In this document: piece after piece, positions 36,088 to 46,671 of the stretch | How positions within the stretch are numbered: position 1 is the stretch's first letter | Layout: each line of letters begins with the position of its first letter | Origin: Hyphomicrobium sp. | GTDB taxonomy: Bacteria > Pseudomonadota > Alphaproteobacteria > Rhizobiales > Hyphomicrobiaceae | Direction: 5' to 3' | NCBI GenBank assembly: GCA_046074825.1 | Contig: JBJTOZ010000090.1 | Coordinates: 1 to 46,671 of the forward strand | Length of the DNA: 46,671 nucleotides | Notes under the pieces: generated by a model | The model's database searches: none | Seen by the model: only the letters and a program-made list of their open reading frames with translations | What the model was told of the DNA's origin: nothing | Made by a program: the position numbers and the translations under genes

Positions 36088-37500
36088 TTATCGATCGTAT
36101 GTGCTCGAAGAAATCGGCCAAACTTTTGATTTAGGTAGAACGCTTCCAGGACCAGGCCGCTCTGCCCCCTCTTCAAAAGCAATTCTAGGCCAACTTATTC
36201 TTACGATAGCCCCTACCTGGGGAAGTTGCTTGTTCTCTAATGCTAGACGCGCTCCCGAGCGCTCAAGAAGTGTTTTAGCTATAAAAAAACCTAGACCCAT
36301 TCCACCTGCCTTACCAGAATGTTTTCTATTCTTAGCAGATCGCGAAGTAACATAAGGCTCGCCAATTGTATCAATAATTTCGGGTTTAAAGCCAGGTCCG
36401 TCATCGGATATTGTTACGATAACATTTGACGCATCCCATTCTCCTATAAGGTCAACGCGCTTCTTGGCGAAATCAATGGCATTTTCTAAGATATTTCCAA
36501 TTCCAAACAGCACCCCAGGTCGGCGCGCGGCTAATGGCTGCTCTTGTGCGACTTGTGGAATATCTGATTTTGGATGAACAAAAATTTGAACTATTTTTTG
36601 CTCACTCAAGTGATGCCTTGTAACTTCTTCCAACATTTGTTGTAGGGAGATTGTTGCATGAAGTGGGTCTTGCTCGGATGGTCTCGTAGTGAGTTTTTTT
36701 AATATATCTCTGCATCTTAGAGATTGCTGATGTAAAAGCTCAACATCTTCTAACAACGGACTATCCAACGGAATACTGGATTTTATCTCTTTAGTGACAA
36801 GTACAATGGTTGATAAGGGAGTTCCTAATTCATGGGCAGCCGCCGCAGCTAGTCCATCAAGCGCATGAAGTTTTTGCTCTCGTGCCAAAACTAATTCTGT
36901 GGCCGCAAGAGCATCGGACATTAATTTACTTTCTCTAGTCAACCGCTCTACATATAGGGCAATAAATATCATTGTACCAACAGCACCACAAATAGCACCC
37001 ACATCATACAAAGGAGGGTGATCTAATATAACACTATTATACCATGGCAACGGGTAGTTGGAGCCAGCAAGTCCAATTGTAAAAATACTCGCAAGCAATC
37101 CAAGAGCAATTGTATTACGCGCTGGCAATGTCGCAGCAGAAACAGTGACTGGAACAACCATCAGTGTTGTAAACGGGTTTTCTATGCCACCGGTGAGGAA
37201 AAGTAATGTCGCAAGCTCAGCAATGTCGAAGGCCAGTAGCAGAGTTGCAAATTTTGTTGTTAATCGATGCCTTGCTGGAAAACGTAAAGCTAAAAAAACA
37301 TTAAGCCAGGCTGAGCTGGCGATTAAGAGAAGACACCATCCAAAAGGAAATCTAAACTGAAGCAGAAGACGAACTACACAAATTACTCCTAATTGACCTA
37401 TTATGCCTAGCCATCGAAGTCTTACAATAGTCTGCAAGCGAAGCTGACTTTCTGCGCTTCCAGCATTCCTAGCTTTTGAATAAAAAGCCTTAAAAACCAA
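36088..37500 (-). CDS. regB: Redox sensor histidine kinase of the RegB/PrrB/ActS family
   Basis: TTG start. It has six N-terminal TM helices and the GGIENPF heptapeptide (GGxxNPF quinone-site motif). The H-box is AAAAHELGTPLSTI, with the conserved Cys in LRCRDILKKL. The ATPase domain has DDGPGF and GMGLGFFIAK. Confidence 0.9.
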   Translation of the reverse strand: MVFKAFYSKARNAGSAESQLRLQTIVRLRWLGIIGQLGVICVVRLLLQFRFPFGWCLLLIASSAWLNVFLALRFPARHRLTTKFATLLLAFDIAELATLLFLTGGIENPFTTLMVVPVTVSAATLPARNTIALGLLASIFTIGLAGSNYPLPWYNSVILDHPPLYDVGAICGAVGTMIFIALYVERLTRESKLMSDALAATELVLAREQKLHALDGLAAAAAHELGTPLSTIVLVTKEIKSSIPLDSPLLEDVELLHQQSLRCRDILKKLTTRPSEQDPLHATISLQQMLEEVTRHHLSEQKIVQIFVHPKSDIPQVAQEQPLAARRPGVLFGIGNILENAIDFAKKRVDLIGEWDASNVIVTISDDGPGFKPEIIDTIGEPYVTSRSAKNRKHSGKAGGMGLGFFIAKTLLERSGARLALENKQLPQVGAIVRISWPRIAFEEGAERPGPGSVLPKSKVWPISSSTYDR

Positions 37501-37712
37501 AGGAATTTCCCTTTCTTTATGAAGGTAAAAATCTAAATTTATTTAAAGGTGCTGAGGCCCATAAATTAACTCTATAGAGTAATTCGTGAGATTTTCTCTC
37601 TTAGCATTATTTTCTGATAAAAAAATAAAAAGTCTGCGGTATAAAATAGGCATTCTCACTAAATCAAAACGCTTCAGATTTATCATGATAACACTCGACT
37701 GGGAATAAGTTA

Positions 37713-38327
37713 ATGAATTACCGAATTTTATATGCCTTAATTTTTGGAGTGATGATTGGTCTTTTGAGCGGTTTTCTTACCTTTTGGAATGCAACACCTC
37801 CTATCACAACAAAGAACACTCTTGTGCCAATTGGTGGTTCCTTCACTCTAGAGGATGTAAGCGGAAAACAGCGAACGGAAAAAGATTTTTTTGGAAAACC
37901 TATGCTGGTTTTTTTTGGTTTTACAAATTGCCCAGACATTTGCCCCTCAGGGCTACAAACTCTTACTATCGCCCTACATAATATTGGAAAGTTCTCTAAA
38001 AACTTAACGCCGCTTTTTGTTTCTATTGATCCGGAAAGGGACACCCCACAGGTTATGGGAAAATACCTTGAAAGTTTTCACAGCACTATTCAAGGGTTAA
38101 CTGGAAGTCCTGAGCAGATACAAAAAATAATAAAAGCCTATAGAGTTTATGCAAAAAAAACATCTGATCCAAGCGAACTACACCGCTACTTTTTTGATCA
38201 TAGCTCCTTTTTTTATCTTATGGATTCTGAGGGAAAGTACGTGAAACATTTTCCCTCTTCAATTTCAGCAGAAACCTTAAGCTCAGAATTAACCTCTTAT
38301 CTCTCTAGCCAAAAAATAAAGGAGTAA
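37713..38327 (+). CDS. senC: SCO1/SenC/PrrC copper chaperone
   Basis: It has an N-terminal anchor, the CPDICP (CxxxC) copper site, and the downstream DHSSFFYLMD segment containing the conserved His. It is divergent from regB. Confidence 0.9.
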   Translation: MNYRILYALIFGVMIGLLSGFLTFWNATPPITTKNTLVPIGGSFTLEDVSGKQRTEKDFFGKPMLVFFGFTNCPDICPSGLQTLTIALHNIGKFSKNLTPLFVSIDPERDTPQVMGKYLESFHSTIQGLTGSPEQIQKIIKAYRVYAKKTSDPSELHRYFFDHSSFFYLMDSEGKYVKHFPSSISAETLSSELTSYLSSQKIKE

Positions 38328-38478
38328 TCTCTATTCATTGCTTACTATGCTATTTTTTTCACCTTGAAATTATAGGTGGATACGAGGCTTTTGACGTTCT
38401 TATAAATTACATAAATTCTTGAGTAAACGCCTGAGCCCGTCCAGTGTATTACTTGTTTATTATGAAGGAGTTGAAAGT

Positions 38479-38820
38479 ATGAGAACATTGAGAAAGATGT
38501 ATTTTATTCTCTGTTTATTTATTTGGCCTCTACAGCCAGCATTCAGCAATGATGGTATCGGGGACCCGCGTCAGGGATTAGATTATGCTAAAAGGAACTG
38601 TAGTTCCTGCCATGCAGTTCAAAAGGGGGACACGAACTCCCCTAACCCTAAATCTGCTCCATTCAGCGTAATTGCTCAAACAGCGGGCATTACTCGAATA
38701 TCTTTAGGGGTTTTCCTTCAAACTTCCCATTCAACAATGCCAAATCTTATAGTCAAAGGGGAAGAAGCAGACAATCTAATTTCATATATTTTAAGTCTTA
38801 AAGAAAGCAAAAGTCGGTAG
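38479..38820 (+). CDS. Secreted monohaem c-type cytochrome
   Basis: The ORF opens at 38419. ATG 38479 follows GAAGGAG and yields the signal peptide MRTLRKMYFILCLFIWPLQPAFS. It has a CSSCH haem motif and a later HSTMPN segment that could supply the Met ligand. Confidence 0.8.
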   Translation: MRTLRKMYFILCLFIWPLQPAFSNDGIGDPRQGLDYAKRNCSSCHAVQKGDTNSPNPKSAPFSVIAQTAGITRISLGVFLQTSHSTMPNLIVKGEEADNLISYILSLKESKSR

Positions 38821-38824
38821 GGCA

Positions 38825-39697
38825 TCAGGATAGCAAAACAGCACTTTTCTTTTGATGAACTTTTTGGTTTTTACACGTCGTACATGTGGTTTCTTGTTGC
38901 AACACTGGAAAGCCACATTCACATAGTTTGTGCCCACCAGGCTGCAAGCCATGTAGAACAGAGACACGTTCATCAAAAACGAAACAGGCCCCGTCCCATA
39001 AACTTTCGTTTGGATTAACCTCTTCGAGATATTTTAGGATGCCACCTTCTAGATGATAAACTTCTTTAAATCCAATCGATAGCAGATATGCAGATGCTTT
39101 TTCACAGCGTATCCCACCCGTGCAATACATCGCAATTTTTGTATTTTGAGCATTCTTTAATTTTGACCTCACATATTTCTTAAAATCTGAAAATTGTTTC
39201 AACTGAGGGTCGATAGCATTATGAAAAGTTCCAATTGCAACCTCATAGCTATTACGGGTGTCAATAAGAAGAATATCAGGTTGCTTAATTAAAGCATTCC
39301 AATGTTTAGGCTTGACGTAAAGCCCTACCTGACTTGTTGGATCGGCTTCGGGAGCTTCAAATGTTAAAATTTCTTTTTTGATTTTCACCTTCCATCGCTG
39401 GAATGGAATTTTCTTATGTAAAGATTCCTTTGATTGGAGGTCAGAAAATCTAATGTCGGATTTTAGAATCTCTAAAACCTTCTTTATGCTTTTGTTGTCA
39501 CCTGCAATCATGCCGTTTATTCCCTCTGGTGCAATTAAAATTGTACCACGGAGTTTAAACTCCTCCCCCCAACCTAAAAGACAATCTTTGAGAGCATCAC
39601 AATCAGGAATTTTTATAAATTTATAAAAAGATGAAATTGTGCATTCCATGGGTTTTTGAGGATCTGATGATAGGTTGGCATATGTTGTAAGGATCAA
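38825..39697 (-). CDS. trhO: Rhodanese-domain protein, TrhO/YceA-like (tRNA U34 hydroxylase family)
   Basis: It has the FYKFIKIPD N-terminal domain, the rhodanese active-site loop MYCTGGIRCEKAS, and a Cys-rich C-terminus. The start is TTG 39697 or ATG 39649; neither has a clear SD. Confidence 0.8.
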   Translation of the reverse strand: MILTTYANLSSDPQKPMECTISSFYKFIKIPDCDALKDCLLGWGEEFKLRGTILIAPEGINGMIAGDNKSIKKVLEILKSDIRFSDLQSKESLHKKIPFQRWKVKIKKEILTFEAPEADPTSQVGLYVKPKHWNALIKQPDILLIDTRNSYEVAIGTFHNAIDPQLKQFSDFKKYVRSKLKNAQNTKIAMYCTGGIRCEKASAYLLSIGFKEVYHLEGGILKYLEEVNPNESLWDGACFVFDERVSVLHGLQPGGHKLCECGFPVLQQETTCTTCKNQKVHQKKSAVLLS

Positions 39698-39754
39698 TAA
39701 AAGTAAAATAAGATGCTATTATAAAAAAAAACGAGTAACTTTTAACGAGATAAC

Positions 39755-42205
<2,451 letters not shown>

Positions 42206-42335
42206 CTATGCACTTAATTACTCCCAGAATTCATAAACCAAATTTATACACCAAGGCGGCACTAAAAAGCTAGAAAATGAACCCTTATTATCTGTAAAAA
42301 AATAAAAAAAATATATAATGATTTCAACATTTTAA

Positions 42336-42356
42336 ATGCGCACCTTTGTTGCGCAT
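42336..42356 (-). terminator. Hairpin immediately downstream of recF; possible terminator or attenuator before gyrB
   Basis: ATGCGCA (42336-42342) pairs with TGCGCAT (42350-42356) across a 7-nt loop, 10 nt past the recF stop. The downstream tail on the minus strand is TTAAAATG, so the U-tract is poor. Confidence 0.3.
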
Positions 42357-42365
42357 CCTCTTTCC

Positions 42366-43532
42366 TTAAAGAGGGCTCAAATCCCCCTCATGCACAAGTA
42401 GAGCTTGTGCCTCTCCACCAAAGGCTTCGAAGGCTTTAAAATCCGTACCAGTCATCCATGCCTGCGATCCTAACCTTAGGATCTCTCTGCAAAGCCCCTC
42501 TCTCCTGTCCGCGTCTAAATGTGCGGTTACTTCATCAAGGAGAAGGATTGGAACTCGCCCACCCTGATTAAGAGAGGCGAGTTCGGCGTGAGAAAGAACG
42601 AGCCCAAGTAGGAGAGCTTTTTGTTCCCCTGTTGAACAAAGACGAGCAGGAATGCTTTTAGGACCATGAAAAACAATAAAATCTGTACGATGTGGTCCTT
42701 CTAATGTACGACCAGCTGCTCTGTCACGCTCGCGTCCATTATGCAAAAGCGACATATAGTAATCTTCTACATCAAGAGCTGGTGTATTTTCTAAGTTTGT
42801 TTCTAATGTTCCTTCAAGTGCAATCTTAGCCCAAGGGAATGGAGAGTTTTTCGATAAAGACCGACGACTTTCATTAAGTTTTACTAAATCTGACACCACA
42901 TGCGTACGTGCTGCTGCAATGGCAACTGCCATTTGCGCCATTACTCCTTCAAGACCCAAAAAAAGAGCTTTGTCTGTCACATTATCGATTAACAAACGAT
43001 TTCTTTGTTGCATTGCTCTCTCAAAGGCTGAGAAACGACGAGCATGTTCAGGAACAAAAGATAAAACTATGCGATCCAAAAACCGTCTTCTCTCAGAACT
43101 AGGACCAGTAAAAAGACTATCCATAGATGGTGTGACCCATGAAATATCAACATAGCCAGCTAATGCTCCAGATCCCTGCTTTGTTACACCATTTATTCTC
43201 ACTATACGTCCTGAAGAAATATTAGAATTTGTCTCTCCTGAGGGTAGAAGACCAGTTCCGATTTCATCACAACCACTTTCTCCTTGAATCAGGGCAGCAA
43301 CGCTCCAACCTCCCTCACCAGAGGCTCTTGAAATTTCATTGTAGGGGGCACGCCTAAGTCCCTGTCCTGGAGCAAGAAGAGAGGTCGCTTCAAGTAGATT
43401 TGTTTTGCCAGAGCCATTCATTCCAATAAGAATCACAGACTGAGGACTAAGTTCTAGAATGGCACTTTGATAATTTCGAAAATTAGTGAGCGTAAGACGC
43501 TCGACCCAGCGGTTTGCAAGGGCGTCTTGCAT
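42366..43532 (-). CDS. recF: DNA replication and repair protein RecF
   Basis: ATG 43532 is preceded by AGGAG with a 6-nt spacer; the ORF opens at GTG 43562. It has LTLTNFRNY, the Walker A GMNGSGKTNLLEA, the signature STGEQKALLL and the Walker B ILLLDEV. Confidence 0.93.
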   Translation of the reverse strand: MQDALANRWVERLTLTNFRNYQSAILELSPQSVILIGMNGSGKTNLLEATSLLAPGQGLRRAPYNEISRASGEGGWSVAALIQGESGCDEIGTGLLPSGETNSNISSGRIVRINGVTKQGSGALAGYVDISWVTPSMDSLFTGPSSERRRFLDRIVLSFVPEHARRFSAFERAMQQRNRLLIDNVTDKALFLGLEGVMAQMAVAIAAARTHVVSDLVKLNESRRSLSKNSPFPWAKIALEGTLETNLENTPALDVEDYYMSLLHNGRERDRAAGRTLEGPHRTDFIVFHGPKSIPARLCSTGEQKALLLGLVLSHAELASLNQGGRVPILLLDEVTAHLDADRREGLCREILRLGSQAWMTGTDFKAFEAFGGEAQALLVHEGDLSPL

Positions 43533-43579
43533 GTTCTGCTCCTGCTTAATTGAAAAAACCACAAGCAGTCGCTGCCTGA

Positions 43580-44698
43580 TCAGACACGCATCGGCATAAG
43601 AACGTAAAGTGCACTTTGATCTTCGCTATCCTTAATCATGGTTGGCGAACCAGCATCGGAAAATAAGAAAAGGGCCTCATTACCCTCAATTTGACCAGCA
43701 ATGTCGAGTAAGTAGCGTGCATTAAAGCCTATTTCCAGCGATGGTGAAGTGTAGCTGACGGCGATCTCTTCAGTGGCACTTCCACCTTCGGGATTGTTAA
43801 CAGAGAGTACAAGTTTATTTTTAGAAAGTGCTAGCTTTACAGCACGCCCTCTCTCACTAGCAACAGTTGAAACACGATCAACAGCAGCTGTAAAAATAGC
43901 ATTTGATACGAGCATTTCTTTATCATTCCCTTGAGGAATGACACGGCCATATTCAGGAAAATTCCCATCTATAAGCTTAGAGGTAAGCGTAATATGCTCA
44001 ATTTCGAATCTTATCTTTGCGGGAGCAACTGAAATTCGGATAGCATTGTTCGCACTCTCAACAAGTCTTTGAAGCTCATGAACTGTTTTTCGAGGGATGA
44101 TCACTCCAGGCATCCCTTCTGCACCTTTTGGTAGTTTTAATTCCGCCTGTGCAAGACGATGCCCATCGGTCGCAACCGCTCGCAAAACTTGTTTTTTATT
44201 TGCTTCGGCCGCATGAAAAAAAATACCATTTAAATAATATCTTGTTTCTTCAGTGGAGATTGCAAAGCGCGTCTTATCAATAAGTCGTTTTAGCTCATTT
44301 GCTGGCAACTCAAATGTATGCCCAAGATCTCCTGAAGATATATCCGGAAAATCCTCTGGGCCAAGTGTTTGTAGTGCGAAACGCGCCTGCCCTGCTGATA
44401 TGGTTAAACGTTCTTTTTCTATATCTCTGTTTATTTCAATTTGCATACCTTCAGGCAACTTGCGAACAATATCATGCATCATATGAGCAGGGACCGTTAC
44501 AGCACCTGGCTGGGAAACATCGGCTTTAACCTCCTCCACAACCTCACGCTCAAGATCAGTTGCTTTGAATTCTATCTTTTGACCCGATGCTTTGAGCAGT
44601 ACATTTGAGAGTATTGGAATTGTTGTACGCCGTTCTACGACGCTGGTCACATGCCCCAGGGCCTTTGACAATTCACCTTTTTCAATAACCAGCCGCAT
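43580..44698 (-). CDS. dnaN: DNA polymerase III beta sliding clamp
   Basis: 372 aa. The N-terminus ...IPILSNVLLKA..., the three-domain length, and the position between dnaA and recF all fit DnaN. Confidence 0.95.
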   Translation of the reverse strand: MRLVIEKGELSKALGHVTSVVERRTTIPILSNVLLKASGQKIEFKATDLEREVVEEVKADVSQPGAVTVPAHMMHDIVRKLPEGMQIEINRDIEKERLTISAGQARFALQTLGPEDFPDISSGDLGHTFELPANELKRLIDKTRFAISTEETRYYLNGIFFHAAEANKKQVLRAVATDGHRLAQAELKLPKGAEGMPGVIIPRKTVHELQRLVESANNAIRISVAPAKIRFEIEHITLTSKLIDGNFPEYGRVIPQGNDKEMLVSNAIFTAAVDRVSTVASERGRAVKLALSKNKLVLSVNNPEGGSATEEIAVSYTSPSLEIGFNARYLLDIAGQIEGNEALFLFSDAGSPTMIKDSEDQSALYVLMPMRV

Positions 44699-45019
44699 CT
44701 TTGCCTCGGCAATTCTAATATGACAACATAATGATCAAACGATGCACCCTTTTCAAGCGATCTCAACACGCTTGACGGATATGCCAGCTTTAAAGTTTGG
44801 AGTTCTGCCAAAAACACACGAACCGAAATGAAACTCTAGATCCAAAGTCCATTGAGCTTTGTGTGCGTAGCATTCATCTCCTATATTAAACTGAAGAGCA
44901 GATGAGCAGCAAGGGCAATATCTCCATCATAAAACGAGACCTTACGTTTTTCTCGACAGAAAATGGAGTAGAACCACATCAAAATCTAATGTCTGCTCAT
45001 TTAAATCAAATGCTCCCTG

Positions 45020-46510
45020 CTAATGAGAGAGCATTTTTTTAAGATCCTCTAGCTCTTCGCGAAGACGCTGGTTTCCATCTAGTTCACCCTCAATCTTGCG
45101 AATAGCATGAAGAACTGTGGTGTGATCTCTATTTCCAAATCTTCGACCAATTTCAGGTAGCGATCTCGCTGTGAGATGCTTAGCAAGATACATACCAATT
45201 TGACGCGGCCAAACTACAGAACGATGACGACGTTGAGAAAGCAGATCGCCCTTGGAGACACCAAAATGGCGTGAGACGATACGTAATATATCCTCAATCT
45301 TAATACGTCTCTGCTCTCCTCCTGAATGCATTAAATCTCGGATAACAGTTTCTACAATATCAATCGTTAAAGTTCCTCTCACGTGTTGCCATGCCTGATG
45401 AAGACGATTAACGGCTCCCTCAAGCTCACGGCCATTTTCTGTGAGGCGTTGGGCTAATAACTGTAAAATTTCCGATGAGAGTTCAAAAGAGGGATTTAAC
45501 GCCTGTTTTTCTGCAACGCGACGTTGGAGAACTTTTACACGTAAATCCTCATCAAAAGCTCCAATTTCAGTGACAAGTCCTCGCTGCAATCGTGATCGCA
45601 TACGTTCATTCAAACGTTCAATATGAGCAGGTGGACGTGAAGACGCGACAACGACCTGCCTACCTCCGTCAAGGAGAGCGTTTATAATATGCTCAAACTC
45701 CTGTTCAGTTTTTTCTCCTTGGAGAAATTCAAGATCGTCAATCAATAACATTGTGATATGACGAAATCGATCTTTAAAAGCGAGAGGATCAGAGCTGCGC
45801 AGCGCCTCAACGAATTCGTAGCGAAATCTCTCTGCAGTTAAATAGAGAACATTAGCATTCGTAGACCTGCGACGAACTTCCCATGCAATCGCCTGAAGAA
45901 GGTGCGTTTTACCAAGTCCAACTGAAGAGTGAAGGAAGAGAGGATTAATACCAGACGAACCACTCATGACGGTCTCTGCAGCTTGTACTGCTGCAGCATG
46001 AGCTAGTCTATTAGGAGAGCCAACGACAAAATTCTCGAAAGTATGATGGGGGTAAAGAGGAGATCCATCGACTCCGCCAGCTGGTGGTCGAATTTGAAAA
46101 TCAATGGAGGATGATCTGGCGGAAGACACACGTGGGAGTTGCTCAGAGACGCTCTTTGATGATCGGAGATCCACTAAATTGTCATTAGGACGCACCACTT
46201 CTAAATTCGACCCAGCCTGCGCACGTTGGTTGGCCCCACCAGGCTGTCTTAAATGGACTTCTACTGATTGGGCACCTTCAAACTCGACTTGGCTGCAAGC
46301 AAGCAAGTCATCGATGTAGTGAGATTGTATCCAATTTCTTAAAAACTTGACTGGCACGGATGCCACAACAGTTTTTCCATCAAAACTATCAAAATCTAAA
46401 GTTTTGAACCAACTGGTATAAATATCGTCCCCAAGTCTTGCTTTTAAAGCCGCATGAATTTTTTTACCACGCGGCTCTTCGCTTGTTTTGAGTGCTTCAG
46501 ACGTTTGCAT
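45020..46510 (-). CDS. dnaA: Chromosomal replication initiator DnaA
   Basis: It has the AAA+ Walker A SVGLGKTHLLQA, the Walker B/sensor LLIDDLEFLQGK, and the domain IV DNA-binding helix HTTVLHAIRKI. Confidence 0.97.
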   Translation of the reverse strand: MQTSEALKTSEEPRGKKIHAALKARLGDDIYTSWFKTLDFDSFDGKTVVASVPVKFLRNWIQSHYIDDLLACSQVEFEGAQSVEVHLRQPGGANQRAQAGSNLEVVRPNDNLVDLRSSKSVSEQLPRVSSARSSSIDFQIRPPAGGVDGSPLYPHHTFENFVVGSPNRLAHAAAVQAAETVMSGSSGINPLFLHSSVGLGKTHLLQAIAWEVRRRSTNANVLYLTAERFRYEFVEALRSSDPLAFKDRFRHITMLLIDDLEFLQGEKTEQEFEHIINALLDGGRQVVVASSRPPAHIERLNERMRSRLQRGLVTEIGAFDEDLRVKVLQRRVAEKQALNPSFELSSEILQLLAQRLTENGRELEGAVNRLHQAWQHVRGTLTIDIVETVIRDLMHSGGEQRRIKIEDILRIVSRHFGVSKGDLLSQRRHRSVVWPRQIGMYLAKHLTARSLPEIGRRFGNRDHTTVLHAIRKIEGELDGNQRLREELEDLKKMLSH

Positions 46511-46671
46511 TTGTGCCTACCCCACAATACACTTTACTGTTTACTGACAAACACCCCATGAAGTGCGATCAAAATTTTCCCCTTTTCTCACGCATCCTCA
46601 CCGAGTGTACCCTCTATAAATCCTCACTTCCTAACTTTGCTGCCACGGAAGACCGACAGCCTTCCATCCAG

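Noticed and set aside
37501-37712. RegA/RegR-type binding site in the regB-senC divergent spacer
   Set aside because: No GCG..-N-..CGC-type GC-rich dyad is present in this AT-rich spacer, so nothing could be called.
44699-45019. DnaA boxes, an AT-rich unwinding element, or a small gene in the dnaA-dnaN spacer
   Set aside because: The best matches to TTATCCACA/TGATCCACA are only 6-7 of 9. The spacer is not more AT-rich than its surroundings. The only minus-strand ORFs are peptides of 13-14 codons with no support.

Overview
This is an AT-rich, gene-dense chromosomal segment that I assign to an Alphaproteobacterium. That assignment is an inference from gene content: a RegB/RegA-SenC module, TlpA, a TIGR02302-type alpha-specific low-complexity protein, Omp25/31-like porins, and the conserved tlpA/argH/small lipoprotein/lysA neighbourhood. 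I cannot name the genus. About 42 protein genes are supportable and nearly all are core metabolism or replication: purN, ndk, ispE, ispB, glyQ, dapE, dapD, argH, lysA, mutM, ETF-ubiquinone oxidoreductase, and a complete dnaA-dnaN-recF-gyrB block on the minus strand at the right end. By eye I found no rRNA, tRNA, CRISPR array, transposase, integrase or phage genes. No classical defence or mobile system is visible, so the novel-system candidates below are modest and flagged as inference. Points worth a second look: (1) The essential glyQ gene carries a single in-frame TAG exactly where a conserved Glu (GAG) codon belongs, and glyS is not adjacent. (2) A side-by-side pair of transferases matches, from memory, the rSAM/selenodomain-associated transferase 2 and transferase 1 families, but the radical-SAM and phosphoesterase partners are absent. 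(3) An accessory-looking stretch at about 29.7-34.5 kb has unusually long spacers. It holds an odd outer-membrane barrel, a 201-aa orphan with a degenerate PLD-like motif, PPK2, and two tandem paralogous membrane proteins carrying G10 and A9 homopolymer tracts. (4) An orphan E-class cytochrome P450 has no redox partner nearby. (5) Long poly-G runs encode Gly-Gly-Gly motifs in an otherwise AT-rich genome. (6) The spacers around dnaA contain no convincing consensus DnaA boxes.
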